From: Octopus bimaculoides
Taxonomy: Eukaryota
Assembly (NCBI RefSeq): GCF_001194135.2
Contig: NC_069000.1
Span: 37,539,318-37,592,784, forward strand
Reading direction: 5' to 3'
DNA: 53,467 nucleotides
Shown: positions 36,999-48,660 of the stretch, piece by piece
Position numbering within the stretch: the first letter of the stretch is position 1
Layout of the letters: every line of letters starts with the position of its first letter
Program-made: the position numbers and the translations under genes
The notes under the pieces: generated by a model
Told to the model about the DNA's origin: nothing
Database searches by the model: none
Seen by the model: the letters and a program-made list of their open reading frames with translations, nothing else

Positions 36999-37203
36999 CC
37001 CCTTAATATTCAAATTATTCTGCTAAATATAATGTTGATTTATATATATTGCTTTGAATTAATTATACATTATCTCGTAGTTCTGAGATTTTGAAAATAT
37101 GATTATATATATTTAGACTGATATTGTAGGAGAGTTGTGAGAAGCTAGATCTAGCTGATTTGAACATAATATTTGGGCAGGATATGACTTAAATGCTAAA
37201 GGG
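36999..37203 (+). mobile_element. piggyBac-like MITE; other copies at ~26420-26610(-), 32435-32645(+), 32650-33295(-, SINE-interrupted), 47885-48075(+) and 48270-48725(-, SINE-interrupted)
   Basis: Flanked by TTAA at 36995-36998 and 37204-37207 with CCC/GGG termini. The interior is shared among copies. Confidence 0.75.
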
Positions 37204-37824
37204 TTAAAGTGTTAAAGGATTAAAAGGGTTTAAAGGCTAAAGGGTTAAAATCACATTGGGTAGTTCACTTTATCTTATTTCAGAAAAATTCTGATAATTC
37301 TGTCAACAATTTGAGCATTGGCTAAAAACCAACAGTAAATATACAAATAAACAAATTTTACAATATAACTTCTAACTTTATTTTTACTTTCTATGTGGCT
37401 TCAGCTATTAGACTGTGGCCATACTGGGGCACAACTTTGACCGTTTTAGTCAAACAAATTGACCCCAGTACTTATTTTTTAAATCTGGTACTTATGTTAT
37501 TGGTCTCTTAGGATGAACTGCTAAGTTACAGGGACATAAACACACCAACACTGGTTGTCAAGCTGCAGTGGTCAAACAAGCACAAACAGAAACACACATG
37601 CATACACAATAAACTTCCACACATTTTCCATCTACTAAATTCACTCCCAAGGATTGGTTTATCCAGGGCTATAGTAGAAGACACTTGCCCAAGGTATCAT
37701 GCGGTGGGACTGAACCTGAAACCATGTGTTTACAAAGCAAGCTCCTTAACCACACAGCCATGCATGTAGCAACTATTCAATATGAATTTAACCAAATTTC
37801 TATCTTTTTTTTCTTATTTTGCAG

Positions 37825-38354
37825 GTATGGCTGAAAACGTCACCCCATCATCACAGTGTGCAATACCATTATTAAACTGTCGTCAAAAAAGTAATACAGT
37901 TCCTGTTTCATTCACATCTCGAGAAAATGGTTTCAAACCGAACCAAAGGAGTTCCTTCAAACCGAATTCTTCATCGCAAAATTCCCCCATGAATAATTTA
38001 AGATCTAACCATCACTCTCTGTCAATGTATCCCAAAATACAACAACAAGAAAGCACTTACCAAAAAAGTCCTTACTCTACCTCACAGCAAGTCCAGCCTC
38101 CTCATACGCCATACTCACTTGTTGCCATTCCTATCAGAACAATTCCAAACAAACTGCATTACTCATTAGTACAACCGCAATTAATGCCAAAACAACAAGT
38201 GGTAAGTTGTGGCGCTAATTTATCTCAAGCTGAGACTTCATTTTGTGAAAACCAAAGTTCTTCATCAACTGATAGCTGTCATTTGTTAGATGATATAAAA
38301 AAACATTCATATAGTGATCGCAGCAATTTCATACTAAAGGATGTCATTGTATGA
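37825..38354 (+). CDS. Protocadherin terminal coding exon 3: S/Q/P/N-rich tail ending ...FILKDVIV*
   Basis: Long polypyrimidine acceptor tttttttcttattttgcag|GT. The phase-1 join A+GT=Ser continues in the frame of the 37782..38354 ORF. Stop TGA at 38352-38354. Confidence 0.82.
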
Positions 38355-38510
38355 ATGAAGACACTGCTGTTGATTTCTGTTGTATTGTAATTTGGTGATA
38401 ATTTTGCAATATAAATGTCGAACTGTGCCATAAATGTACAGAGTTTACTCTACGAAGGCTGTTATTTTCTGTGTGAACCAAACAAGTGGCTGTGGCAGTT
38501 TCCTGTCACC

Positions 38511-38516
38511 AATAAA
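38511..38516 (+). promoter_or_regulatory. Candidate polyadenylation signal of the protocadherin (alternatives at 39312-39317 and 39664-39669)
   Basis: AATAAA 157 nt after the stop. Position only, with no transcript support. Confidence 0.4.
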
Positions 38517-38883
38517 CAATGGATTTGCTATTCAGAAAATTTGCTCACTTCAATAACTGGACCATTTTCAGAAGAAGAAAAAAAAAATTAGTAATAAAAT
38601 TATACTGAGGTACATGGATTGAGATGATTTCATGCTGCTGTTTGGATACAGACAATTTGGCATGGCTGATTGGATGTTCAGCCTGTTTTGGTGACAGAAC
38701 TTTTTTTGGTGGTGGAAGCAAACACGGACATGTGTGCACATCTACAGAAATATACACATAGAGAAAGGGTGAGAGGGAGAGGAAGAGAGAGAGAGAGAGA
38801 GATTACAGTTTATTAACTGGACATGATTAACATAAAGGCTTTCCCTCTCATATACATAAATAGAAATATGCTCACACACATAA

Positions 38884-38924
<41 letters not shown>

Positions 38925-39784
38925 GGGAGAGAGGGAAAGAGAGAGAGATTCATTCAATTTATTACTTGAACACAATTGACACAAACCTTTTCCCTCTCCT
39001 CATACACATAAAAAAAAATATCCCCATACACATTAACAGAGAGGAAGGGAAAAAGATGAAGGTGAGAGAGGAGAGAATGAAAGAAACTTTAAAATGAGTG
39101 AAACATTAAAATGTTTGATGTCAGGTAAGTCTGCTCTGAATCAGCAACACCAAATAAGCAAGGCCAAATTGGCTGTGGCAAAACGTATCTTTTGAGTTAT
39201 TCTTCAAAGTATCCAGGCTCCTTAAGAATCTTTGATGAGGTATTTTGAACTTGGCAGGGCCTATCTCCATATTTAAGTAACCCTTTCTAATTATGCAGGC
39301 ATATACTCCTAAATAAACAACCTCTTACAACCTGGAGAAATTAATGTTTCATTGGAATTCCATGATGTTGAAAATAATTTGAAATGAAAGAAGAACAGTC
39401 ATGTTCAAAACAAAAAAAACAAATCACTTCCTAAAAATGGGGAAAAACCATACAAGGCTACCAGTGACTGGAAAATATTAAGGATCTTTGTACAGAGTAG
39501 AAAAAGCAAAAGTAGATAAGTTTCAATACTAATTTTCCGGAGACTGATAGTCCAGAACCATTTATAATTTGCATTAATTTATGAACAGGATTTCCAAATT
39601 TCTGCTGGTGCCAGGCTAGTTTACTGGGCGGCCCTGTTTCTCAGTACTTTGATGAACAGTATTAATAAACTTATTTTTTAACAAGCTCTCTGGCTTATCG
39701 CAGCAACAACACCTGTTATGATGTTGTTTTTCTATATATTGCTGGCAGGGATATGAATCACTACTATTTCTAGCAGTCAAGCAC

Positions 39785-39831
39785 CCATCACTGATGAGAC
39801 CAAAGAAGGTCGAAATCACATGATCTGGTGG
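39785..39831 (+). ncRNA. Type I minimal hammerhead ribozyme motif (Penelope-like-element style)
   Basis: ccatca-CTGATGA-gacc aaagaa ggtc-GAAA-tca ca tga-TC-tggtgg. Stem I 6 bp with one G-U, stem II 4 bp closed by G-C, stem III 4 bp and near-palindromic, AUC cleavage triplet. All conserved core nucleotides are present. Confidence 0.8.
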
Positions 39832-39956
39832 TCTTGGCACTGGTGAGGGGGGATTTATCTCCCTGCTAGCAGTATAAACAAGTGTGTATTTTGCCCCAAA
39901 AGCCAATATGAGAGTTTCTCTTATGTCGTCTACCACAGTATATTTTGTTCTAACAG

Positions 39957-40072
39957 TATCCCCATTTAAATGTGGATGTTCTCATCATCATCATCATCAT
40001 CATCGTTTAAAGCGGACGTTAAACGATGATGATGATGATGATGATGAGAACATCCACATTTAAATGGGGATA
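39957..40072. repeat. Perfect inverted repeat, 54-bp arms and 8-nt spacer, centred on an RTE 3' terminus
   Basis: 39957-40010 is the exact reverse complement of 40019-40072, including 7 CAT/ATG units in each arm. Confidence 0.95.
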
Positions 40073-40403
40073 AATACCACTTCTCTGTATTAATACTGTC
40101 TCTGTTGCAAATATATTTTTATATTAAGGTACAGGTACTTGTATTTCATTTAACTCTTAAAGTAAATTAAATATTTGCTTAATTCAGAGGTGACCACTCC
40201 TGGTTTGGAAAACTCAGGGAGAGATTTGGAACCAATGGTTCTGGAAAATTGGTGTTCGGTCCATCTTCATTACTCTTAAATTTAAAATTCTAACTTCCAC
40301 ACCCTTCCGTGATTTAGGATTGATCTAGAAGTGATTATCTCCCTTACAGTAACTGCTGACCAGGCACTGCATGTTCAGACTATTGATAATATTGCATAAA
40401 ACA

Positions 40404-40888
40404 GAGGCGGTTAGCTGGCAGAAACATTGGCACACCGGGCGAAATGCTTAGTGGTATTTCATCTGTCTTTACATTCTGAGTTCAAATTCTGCTGAGGTCG
40501 ACTTTGCTTTTCATCCTTTTGGGGTTGATAAATTAAGTACCAGTTGTGTACTAGAGTTGATCTAATCAACTGGCCCCCTCCCCCAAAATTCTGGGCCTTG
40601 TGCCAAGAGTAGAAAAGAATAAATATATATATATATATGGGGAGGGGGCCAGGCGTGCTGGCAGGAACATTAGCCCACCGGGTGAAATGCTTAGCAGAAT
40701 TTTGTCTGTCTTTATGTTCTGAGTTCAAATTCTTTTAATGCCCAGACACTTTCCACCGAGGTTGACTTTGCCTTTCATCCTTTTGGAGGGGATAAATTAA
40801 GTACCAGTTGCGTATTGGGGTTGATCTAATCGACTGGCCCCCACTCCCCCCAAATTTCGAGCCTTATGCCGATGGTAGAAAAGAATCT
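40404..40888 (+). mobile_element. Second SINE-A dimer flanked by a 12-bp direct repeat
   Basis: Two head-core-tail units. ttgcataaaaca at 40392-40403 and 40889-40900. Confidence 0.8.
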
Positions 40889-41727
40889 TTGCATAAAACA
40901 ACAATTGTTTTGTTTTTGTTAGATCTTTTATAGAATCCTACTTAGGTCCATTTATGCTGAAGTTCTTTGGACACAAGAATGACTGAGGAAGCATTGTAAC
41001 ATAATTTGCAATATTATCTTATGAAATTATAAGTAAAAAAAACTTGATGAGATCAGGTCTCGGGACTTCACAGACAACACATCAGGCCTCAAAAGCAAGA
41101 TAGTAGAGGACCAAAATGAATGGCAATCTGGGAAACTTCCAGATCCATTCGCCCGCAAACCAACATGGAAAAATAGGCAGTGCGATGGTTATATATATAT
41201 TTTGCCTTTTATTTTTTACTTGTTTCGGTCTTTGGACTGTAACCATGCTGGAGCACTACCATGAAGAATTTTAGTGGACCGAATCGACCCCAGTTCATAT
41301 ATTTTAAGTCTGGTCCTTATTCTGTCAGTCTCTATTGCCAAAGTGGTAATTTACAGGGATGTAAACAAAGTAGTGCTAATTGTCAAGGGGTGACAGGGGA
41401 CAAACGCAAAACAGGAATAGACACACACACTCATAATACACAATGGGCTTCCATACAGTTTCCATCAACCAAATTCACTCACAAGGCATTGGTCAGCCCA
41501 GGGCTGTGGTAGAAGACACTTGTCCAAAGTGCTATATAGTGGGACTGAACCTGAAACCATGTGGTTGCAAAGCAACCTTCATACATGTGTTTGTATTATA
41601 CACACACACACACACACGCATAAAGTAGGCAAAGATAGAGAGAGAGCAAGATAATGACAGTAATCAAAAGATATACAAAGCACATTTCTTTTTCCAAATT
41701 GGGCCTTTGTCAGTAAGGCATCCAAGC

Positions 41728-42024
41728 GAGATTGTTGTCAGTGCTGATGGACTGGCTCCTGTGCAGGTGGCACGTAAAATACACCATTTCGAGTGTGGCC
41801 GTTGCCAGTACCCGCTTGACTGGCCCTCGTGCCAGTGGCACGTAAAAGCACCCACTACACTCTCGGAGTGGTTGGCGTTAGGAAGGGCATCCAGCTGTAG
41901 AAGCTCTGCCAAATCAGATTGGAGCCTGGTGTCGCCTCCTGGTCCACCAGTCGTCAGTCAAATCGTCCAACCCATGCTAGCATGGAAAGCGGACGTTAAA
42001 CGATGATGATGATGATGATGATGA
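41728..42024 (+). mobile_element. RTE 3' UTR-only insertion ending in (GAT)n; related pieces at 24030-24148, 27891-28127(-), 31855-32198 and 45481-45656
   Basis: The start aligns with the 3' UTR at 24503-24549. The end is gcggacgttaaacgatgatgatg. Confidence 0.8.
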
Positions 42025-42885
42025 TAAAATGAAAACATTGATTCTCTTTTGTTGTCATTGTTATGCAAAACAGAAGGGGAAAGATACTCAGCCATAATTT
42101 GAATGTTTTTAAGGCTTTTTTTGTCTAAATCCTCCATCTTGTTTTTTTTTGTCTCTAATTTCTTCTTTTACCCACTCTGTGTATATATATATTTCTGTCT
42201 TTGTCACTGTTCTACTTCACTCATTTACTCCCCCCCCCACACTTTTTCCTGATTAATTTTACGTACACAAACACACTAAACTCTCCACTTATCACACGAG
42301 AAATACTCATGGGTGGAATATACCCTTGACAAATGTAAATAAAACCGATTTATGCTTCAAGAAACTCGCCTCCCCCCACAGCCATCCGAGGATGTCTTAA
42401 CTAATACCTACCCAATCTATACATATTATAATTTCTATCAATGATGTGTGAGAATTTTGAATAAAAAGATACTTTTCTAATACCTGTCTTGTTTTTTAAA
42501 TATATTTTTGCAATACCATATAACTTTTGGTCCTTTTAATCGAAAATGCATTGGTATCACAATCACCGTGATGAGACTAGCTTACAACTTTTAGTACTAC
42601 TAAAAGAATGTTGGTAGTCTATATAAACAGGTAACAGAGCTTTCATTACTGTTTTGTTGACACGGGACTTCATTGAGCAGAACATTAATTATAAGACCTG
42701 TTAGGCAACCCTGATTTATTGCATTTAGATTTCTATCTTACAAACTGAAAAGGGAGCTTAACAAAATTAGTTAAATTAGTATAGAATAATGGTTTCATAT
42801 TTTTTTATAAACTGTTAATATATGAATGTGAAAGAGATAGTTGAATAACTGTAAACCTACTTTTGGGCCACCCTGTATATATGTA

Positions 42886-43789
42886 CTAGCAGACATACCC
42901 GATGTTGCTCAGGATTTAAATGGCATAGTTTGTATATATGGTACAGTTAAGTTGAAACATGTGATACAGGGAAGTGCAGCATTGAGGACAAAACATTTGT
43001 GGAGTAAATGAAGGACTAATTCGACTAAGCGACATGTAATATGTCCGTCTGGAGGATTCCAGGCCCTAACCTTGTCATGGAAAAGTGGGTGCTGGGTATG
43101 TGATTTTTGAATGTACCAAAAAGCTCTCAGTGGATATACTCCCCTTTGCAGCTGTCGGTGCTGCTGCTACCACACAGAACAATCAGCAGACATAGGAACT
43201 ACATCTGTGTGATAAATTAAACCTGTGGGTGCTCTCAACAGCACCACATGAGAGAAATCTACATGAAAGAAATGATGTGGTAAGGAGGGAGGGGATTGAC
43301 TGAAGCTGTTAATGCAGCATTCCTGGCGAATATTATGCTGCTCATCGCTTTCCATTGCTTTTGCAGTAGGTGTACATGCGGCGTTTTGTGATTGTCTAAT
43401 TGAAGTCTCATGTGAGGATTCATATGCTCTCCTTCTTTTCAATTTCTCTGCTACTGCCATTTTTTGACGAATGGAAGGTCTTTTCTTTGGAGACATTATG
43501 TCAAGAAATATAATGTAATAAACTAAGATGACAATTGTATGTTAATAAAGAAATGTCAATAAACCAAGGTAAATAATATCAATATCTTAGCAAATTTTAA
43601 GAGGTTACTTCGCAAAGAGTTACCTCCCTTCTCCAAAGTAGTTGGACTTACTCCAGGAAAGGGGGTTTTCTGGCCCCAGAAGCCCCATTACTTATTATGT
43701 GAAAAGTTTTAAGAGTCTAAAACCATCTCTGGAACCTAAGTAATGTATGTTCCCAGTTTGAAGAAAATCAATTGCAAACTACAGAAGTT

Positions 43790-43822
<33 letters not shown>

Positions 43823-43845
43823 TAAATAGATAGATAGATATGGTT
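42886..43845 (-). mobile_element. Non-autonomous Helitron-like element with an N-terminal coding remnant
   Basis: Minus 3' end cctgagcaacatcgggtatgtctgCTAG|t (hairpin plus CTAG). (TCTA/TCTG)n near the 5' end. Basic MSPKKR...RRRAYES...E-Q/R-rich peptide typical of RepHel N-termini. Confidence 0.55.
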
Positions 43846-44028
43846 AAAAAGTATACAAAAAACAGAGTCAGGTGAAAGAACAACGAAGAAGTTGTATGAG
43901 TTTAATGCTCAGGAAAAATGGAAGAGTCTTTGACGTTTTGAGCCTACACTCTTCTACAGAACGGAACAAGGAGAGAAAACAGATGGAGACATTAAAATAG
44001 TGTCTGAATTAATGATGCTATGTATATT

Positions 44029-44069
<41 letters not shown>

Positions 44070-44390
44070 NNNNNNNNNNNNNNNNNNNNNNNNNNNNNNN
44101 NNNNNNNNNNNNNNNNNNNNNNNNNNNNNNNNNNNNNNNNNNNNNNNNNNNNNNNNNNNNNNNNNNNNNNNNNNNNNNNNNNNNNNNNNNNNNNNNNNNN
44201 NNNNNNNNNNNNNNNNNNNNNNNNNNNNNNNNNNNNNNNNNNNNNNNNNNNNNNNNNNNNNNNNNNNNNNNNNNNNNNNNNNNNNNNNATAATTGACTGT
44301 TGATATTGATGAATGAAATGAGATTCTCATAACTAACATTTTATCTAGGCTATATAGCTTTATAATGATGTTTTTTTTTTCTTTCTAACT

Positions 44391-44743
44391 CAGTGGTTCT
44401 CAACTAGGGTCCATATGGCCCTTGAGGGGGTCATACAATATTTTTGTGGGTCCGCACAACAAAATAGTAAATTGGGGATTCACAATAGTATTTTAAGGAA
44501 CCCTGAAAAAATTTTGCTTTAGATGTATGTATTGGTATGTATTGCAAGAAAGGGGTAGGCTTCTTTCTCTAACATTTTACATAGTTCAACCTACACAAGT
44601 GAATGTGTGAAAAACAAAATAAGAATTTTGAAAGAAGTTTCAATGAAACTAGCTTTTAAATATCAAATGGCTACGGGGGGCTCCACTTAAATGAAATAGT
44701 AATCAGAGGGGTCCATTGATAAAAAAATGGTTGAGAATCCCTG
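44391..44743 (+). mobile_element. hAT MITE, related subfamily with a different interior
   Basis: TIRs cagtggttctcaac...gttgagaatccctg. 8-bp TSD ttctaact/ctctaacc (6/8). Confidence 0.8.
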
Positions 44744-45179
44744 CTCTAACCTGTAGCAGAGAAGCAAGAAATATATAATTGTTGATAATGCCAAATATGA
44801 ATAAAGGGAGAGAAGAAAAAAATAAATGCTTCACTGCCATGTAGCATGGCTGTTCACACACAGTATTCAAATTTTTTACAATTAGACGAAAAAAAAAAAA
44901 CAGCTAACACCAGCTCTAGCTCTTATTGTGTGAAACTGTTCATAAAAAAATCCTGCATTCTCTTGGAGCATTTAAATCAGTCATGAACAAACTGCGACTC
45001 ACAGGACTTTCTGAATGGCACACCTTACAAAAAATTATCTTGAACACTGGTGCTAGTACCACATAAAACCGTGTACAGATAATTCACCAACAGACAAATC
45101 CCACTGTTGTGTTGATGCCCCCAGGTGAAGAAGTAGGATCTCCCAAGGCATAAATAGAGGTAGTCTGGCCGTGGTAAGA

Positions 45180-45257
45180 GTGTTGAGTAGCAGTCGAGTA
45201 GGTGTTGAGTAGCAGTCGAGTAGGTGTTGAGTAGCAGTTGTGTAGCGGTTGAGTAGA
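45180..45257. repeat. Minisatellite, ~3.5 copies of gtgttgagtagcagtcgagtag (22 bp, two 11-bp subunits)
   Basis: Direct reading. Confidence 0.9.
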
Positions 45258-45289
45258 GATCATCGGAAAGTGCTAGATAGCAGTAGCTT

Positions 45290-45435
45290 GAGACATAACA
45301 CCCACACAGCCTCAAACTCAACACGGAGGCCAACATCAAGTGCCTGGAAGAGGTTTTGCTGCACTGGGTCAAGAGGGTGGCTGCTGGAACACCCTATGTC
45401 TGGCAACAGGACTCTGCACCATACCCCACACAATT
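45290..45435 (+). mobile_element. Tc1/mariner transposase catalytic fragment
   Basis: LKLNTEANIKCLEEVLLHWVKRVAAGTPYVWQQDSAP contains the second-Asp motif QQDxAP. Confidence 0.8.
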
Positions 45436-48400
45436 GTTCTGTCTGTAAGTTGTCTGTCGACGAATTGTTCATCTACCCATAAAACACACCCAGTGCACTC
45501 TGTAAAGTGGTTGGTGCTAGGAAGGGCATCCAGCTGTAGAAACCATGCCAAAATGGACTACGGAACTTGGTGCAGCTCATGGCCTTGCCTGTTCCTGTGA
45601 AAACCATCTATCCATGCCAGTATGGAAAACAGACATTAGATGATGATGATGATGAATGTAGTCCACCTGGTGATGAACCATATCTCATGTGGCTCACTTT
45701 TAGGTAAAAAAGGTTACCCATGTCTGGTTTAAATCATATTTACCTCTGAAAGACACACCACTGAGATTTTCAGTTACTGTATTTCTCTTTTCATTTATCA
45801 CAGATTAAAGAAGACATACCTTGTTCTTAAATTACAAAACATAAATTTCAATTACACTGATGGAAAAGAAAAAGGTGGGGAACAGTTTGACTCAGGTAAC
45901 TGGGATTTTGAAGTAAAATGCATTCCTTTTAGTGTCAAAACATTTTGCTTAACAATATCAAAGGGGTCTATAGAAAAAAAAATAAATAAACACAAAAAAC
46001 AAAAAATACTTCCCATTAAAAAAGAAATGGAAAATAAATTTTGCAATAGAGTTGGTACTTATGGTACTAACTACTTGATTAATTTTTACCCCTTTGCCTG
46101 TCTAGAGCATTTTTATAAGTTTGTCCAAAATGTCCATACTTATTTTCAAACTTTTTAGTTCGCCCATGCTCCATACATTCTTGGTAATATAAAGTGTTCC
46201 CTTGTTATAAGTAAGTCCCAAGTTATTCTGGTGATTGATGCATGGACGCCAGAAAAATATGTCCTGTGTATCACGTATAATAAATAGGACAAGCAAAAAG
46301 TTAAAATGCATTTTACCTCTTAAGCCTGAACATGGATTTTTACCAAATATCATTCCAATAAGTCAACAACCGGAATCAAGAAAGGATGAAATTGATATTT
46401 TATTTACTGTAGCTGAAAATCTATCTTCACACTATGGCACCTGCCAACTTATAAAGTAGTCTATCAAATTTTGGTTTGATTCTGTTTTTTTTTTTTTTTT
46501 GTGGTATAATCTCTTGTAGTCTTAATTAACAATCAATCAGGTTTAATCATAATTTCTTTCAGTGAGGTACAAGATAATTTCTTACTTTTTCTTGTTTTGT
46601 TTTGTCTTTTATTCTTTTTTTTTTTTAAGTAGAGGAAAGGTATAGTAGCTCAAATCAACTTTCAGTAAACTGATGACAAATTTAGTAGCCCCTGGAAGAG
46701 GAAAAAGTGAGTTCAATTTAAACTAAGAATCTAAATAAAAGTAAGCTAAAATATTCTAAGGCACTCTATTTAGATCTGTCAGTTCAGTTCACTATTCAGT
46801 TTCATAAAATATTTAAAATCAATTAAAATATTTACTGCAAATTTACAGAAACAGAAGTCTGATAATGATGTGAATTTATAAAATTGACTATTTATGACAC
46901 AATAATAATAATAATAATAATATATAAATAAATTATATATATATATATATATTCGCTTAGGCATTGCAAGACAAATAATCTAGTGTAGAACTCAATATAT
47001 ATGTTTCAGAATGAAGCGTTTGTCAAGTACAGAGTGGTAATGAGAAAATGAAATGACAAAAGAATAAACTAGCTAAGAAGTTCAAAAGATAATTATTTCT
47101 TTGTCATCTCAATTTCTTATATATATACATACATACATATATATATATATTGTAAATAAACTAATATTTATTGAATTAGATACTTGTTCAGCTTCTTTCA
47201 ACAATAAATGATATATCAAACCGTTTCCTTTGTATAAATGATACTATAAGATTACATATTAAAACTGATGACCAAACCTTTGCTAGAGGAAAATAAAATT
47301 TGCTGTAAATCAATATAGATATAAAACAGAAGAAAAACATAGCAGAAATTATAAAATGAAACCGTAGATGATAATAGAAAAGTATTATCAAAGAAAAGAT
47401 CTTGCAGCATTTGAAACCATCTAACTCACTATAAATATATAAATGTGTTACCTTTCAATGAAACTATATGACTGCCAGACCTGTCACCACATAGGACAGA
47501 TTTCTTCTTCAGAATTGGAAATAGCTCTGATCAATTCCTTCTACAAAAGCACAACCATGAGTCACACAGCAATACTACTAACATATCTAGAGTGGTACTA
47601 CAGCTGCTATACATACACAAACATCATAGACCACATTAGAAAAAAAAAAAAAAAAAAAGCAGTTGATTGTCAATGATTCACTTAAGGGCATACTACAAAA
47701 GATAGCTTTCAGATGAACTGTTTTGTTTCTCTCTCTTCTATTGCTATTATAGTGTCTTATATTCCTCTGAGCAAGCAAACTGCATACCACTTAACATGCC
47801 CATTATTTATTATGACATCCACACCCTTCTGAGAACAGAAACCCTCTGGAGCTATCCACATTTTCCTTACAAGTATCAATTGTTCAGCATTCAGATCACT
47901 CAGTCAAATGTAATGCTTATTTATTCATATCATTTTTAATTAATCAAGCATTATCTCGCAGCTTTGAGATTTTGATAATTTGTTTGTTTTTAGAATGACA
48001 TTGTAGGTTAGGCATGAGAGGCTGGAGCTGGCCTGTTTGAACATAAAAGGACTAGTTTAAATACAAAAGGGTAAACTTCACTAAGAAATCACATTGACCT
48101 CACAATTCAAAGAAGACCCATGAACAGAAAAGTGAGGGGACTACAAAGGTTCTCTGCCAGTTTAATAAAAAAAATTAACTATTATTTTATAGAAATAAAC
48201 TAAAATATAATTTTATCACAATAGCAAAATAAAATAAATTATAAAAATAAAAATAAAATCAATGTGGAGATTAAGCCCTTTAGCACTCAAACTCGCCATA
48301 TTCCAGCTCAAATATTCCATGTTTTATATTAACACTGGTCAGATCCAGCCTCTCACACCTACCCTACAATATCACTCTAAACATGAGCAATCACATCATC

Positions 48401-48444
48401 AAAATCTCAAAAGCTATGAAGTAATGCATGAGTATTGCAAAATA

Positions 48445-48660
48445 ATTCTTGCTGCTGAAGGTACAAGGCCTGAAATTTTGGGGGGAGGGGACTAGTTGAT
48501 TACATTGACCCCAGTGTTTCACTGGTACTTAATTTATTGACCCCGAAAGAATGAAAGGCAAAGTTGACTTTGACAAAATTTGAAATCAGAATGTAGAGAA
48601 GGACCGAAACACCGTTAAGCATTTCGTCTGGCATGCTAACAGTTCTGCCAGCTCACTGCC
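48445..48660 (-). mobile_element. SINE family A nested in a piggyBac-like MITE
   Basis: Full head, core and tail. MITE sequence continues on both sides. Confidence 0.8.

Noticed and set aside
37782-37824. N-terminal MNLTKFLSFFSYFAG of the 190-aa ORF as a standalone secreted protein
   Set aside because: It is the polypyrimidine tract of the exon 3 acceptor.
47472-47520. Minus-strand CTGAAGA-a-GAAA with a 7-bp stem III and GUC triplet
   Set aside because: Only 1 nt lies between the core halves (no stem II) and stem I does not pair at the junction. At best a deleted relic.
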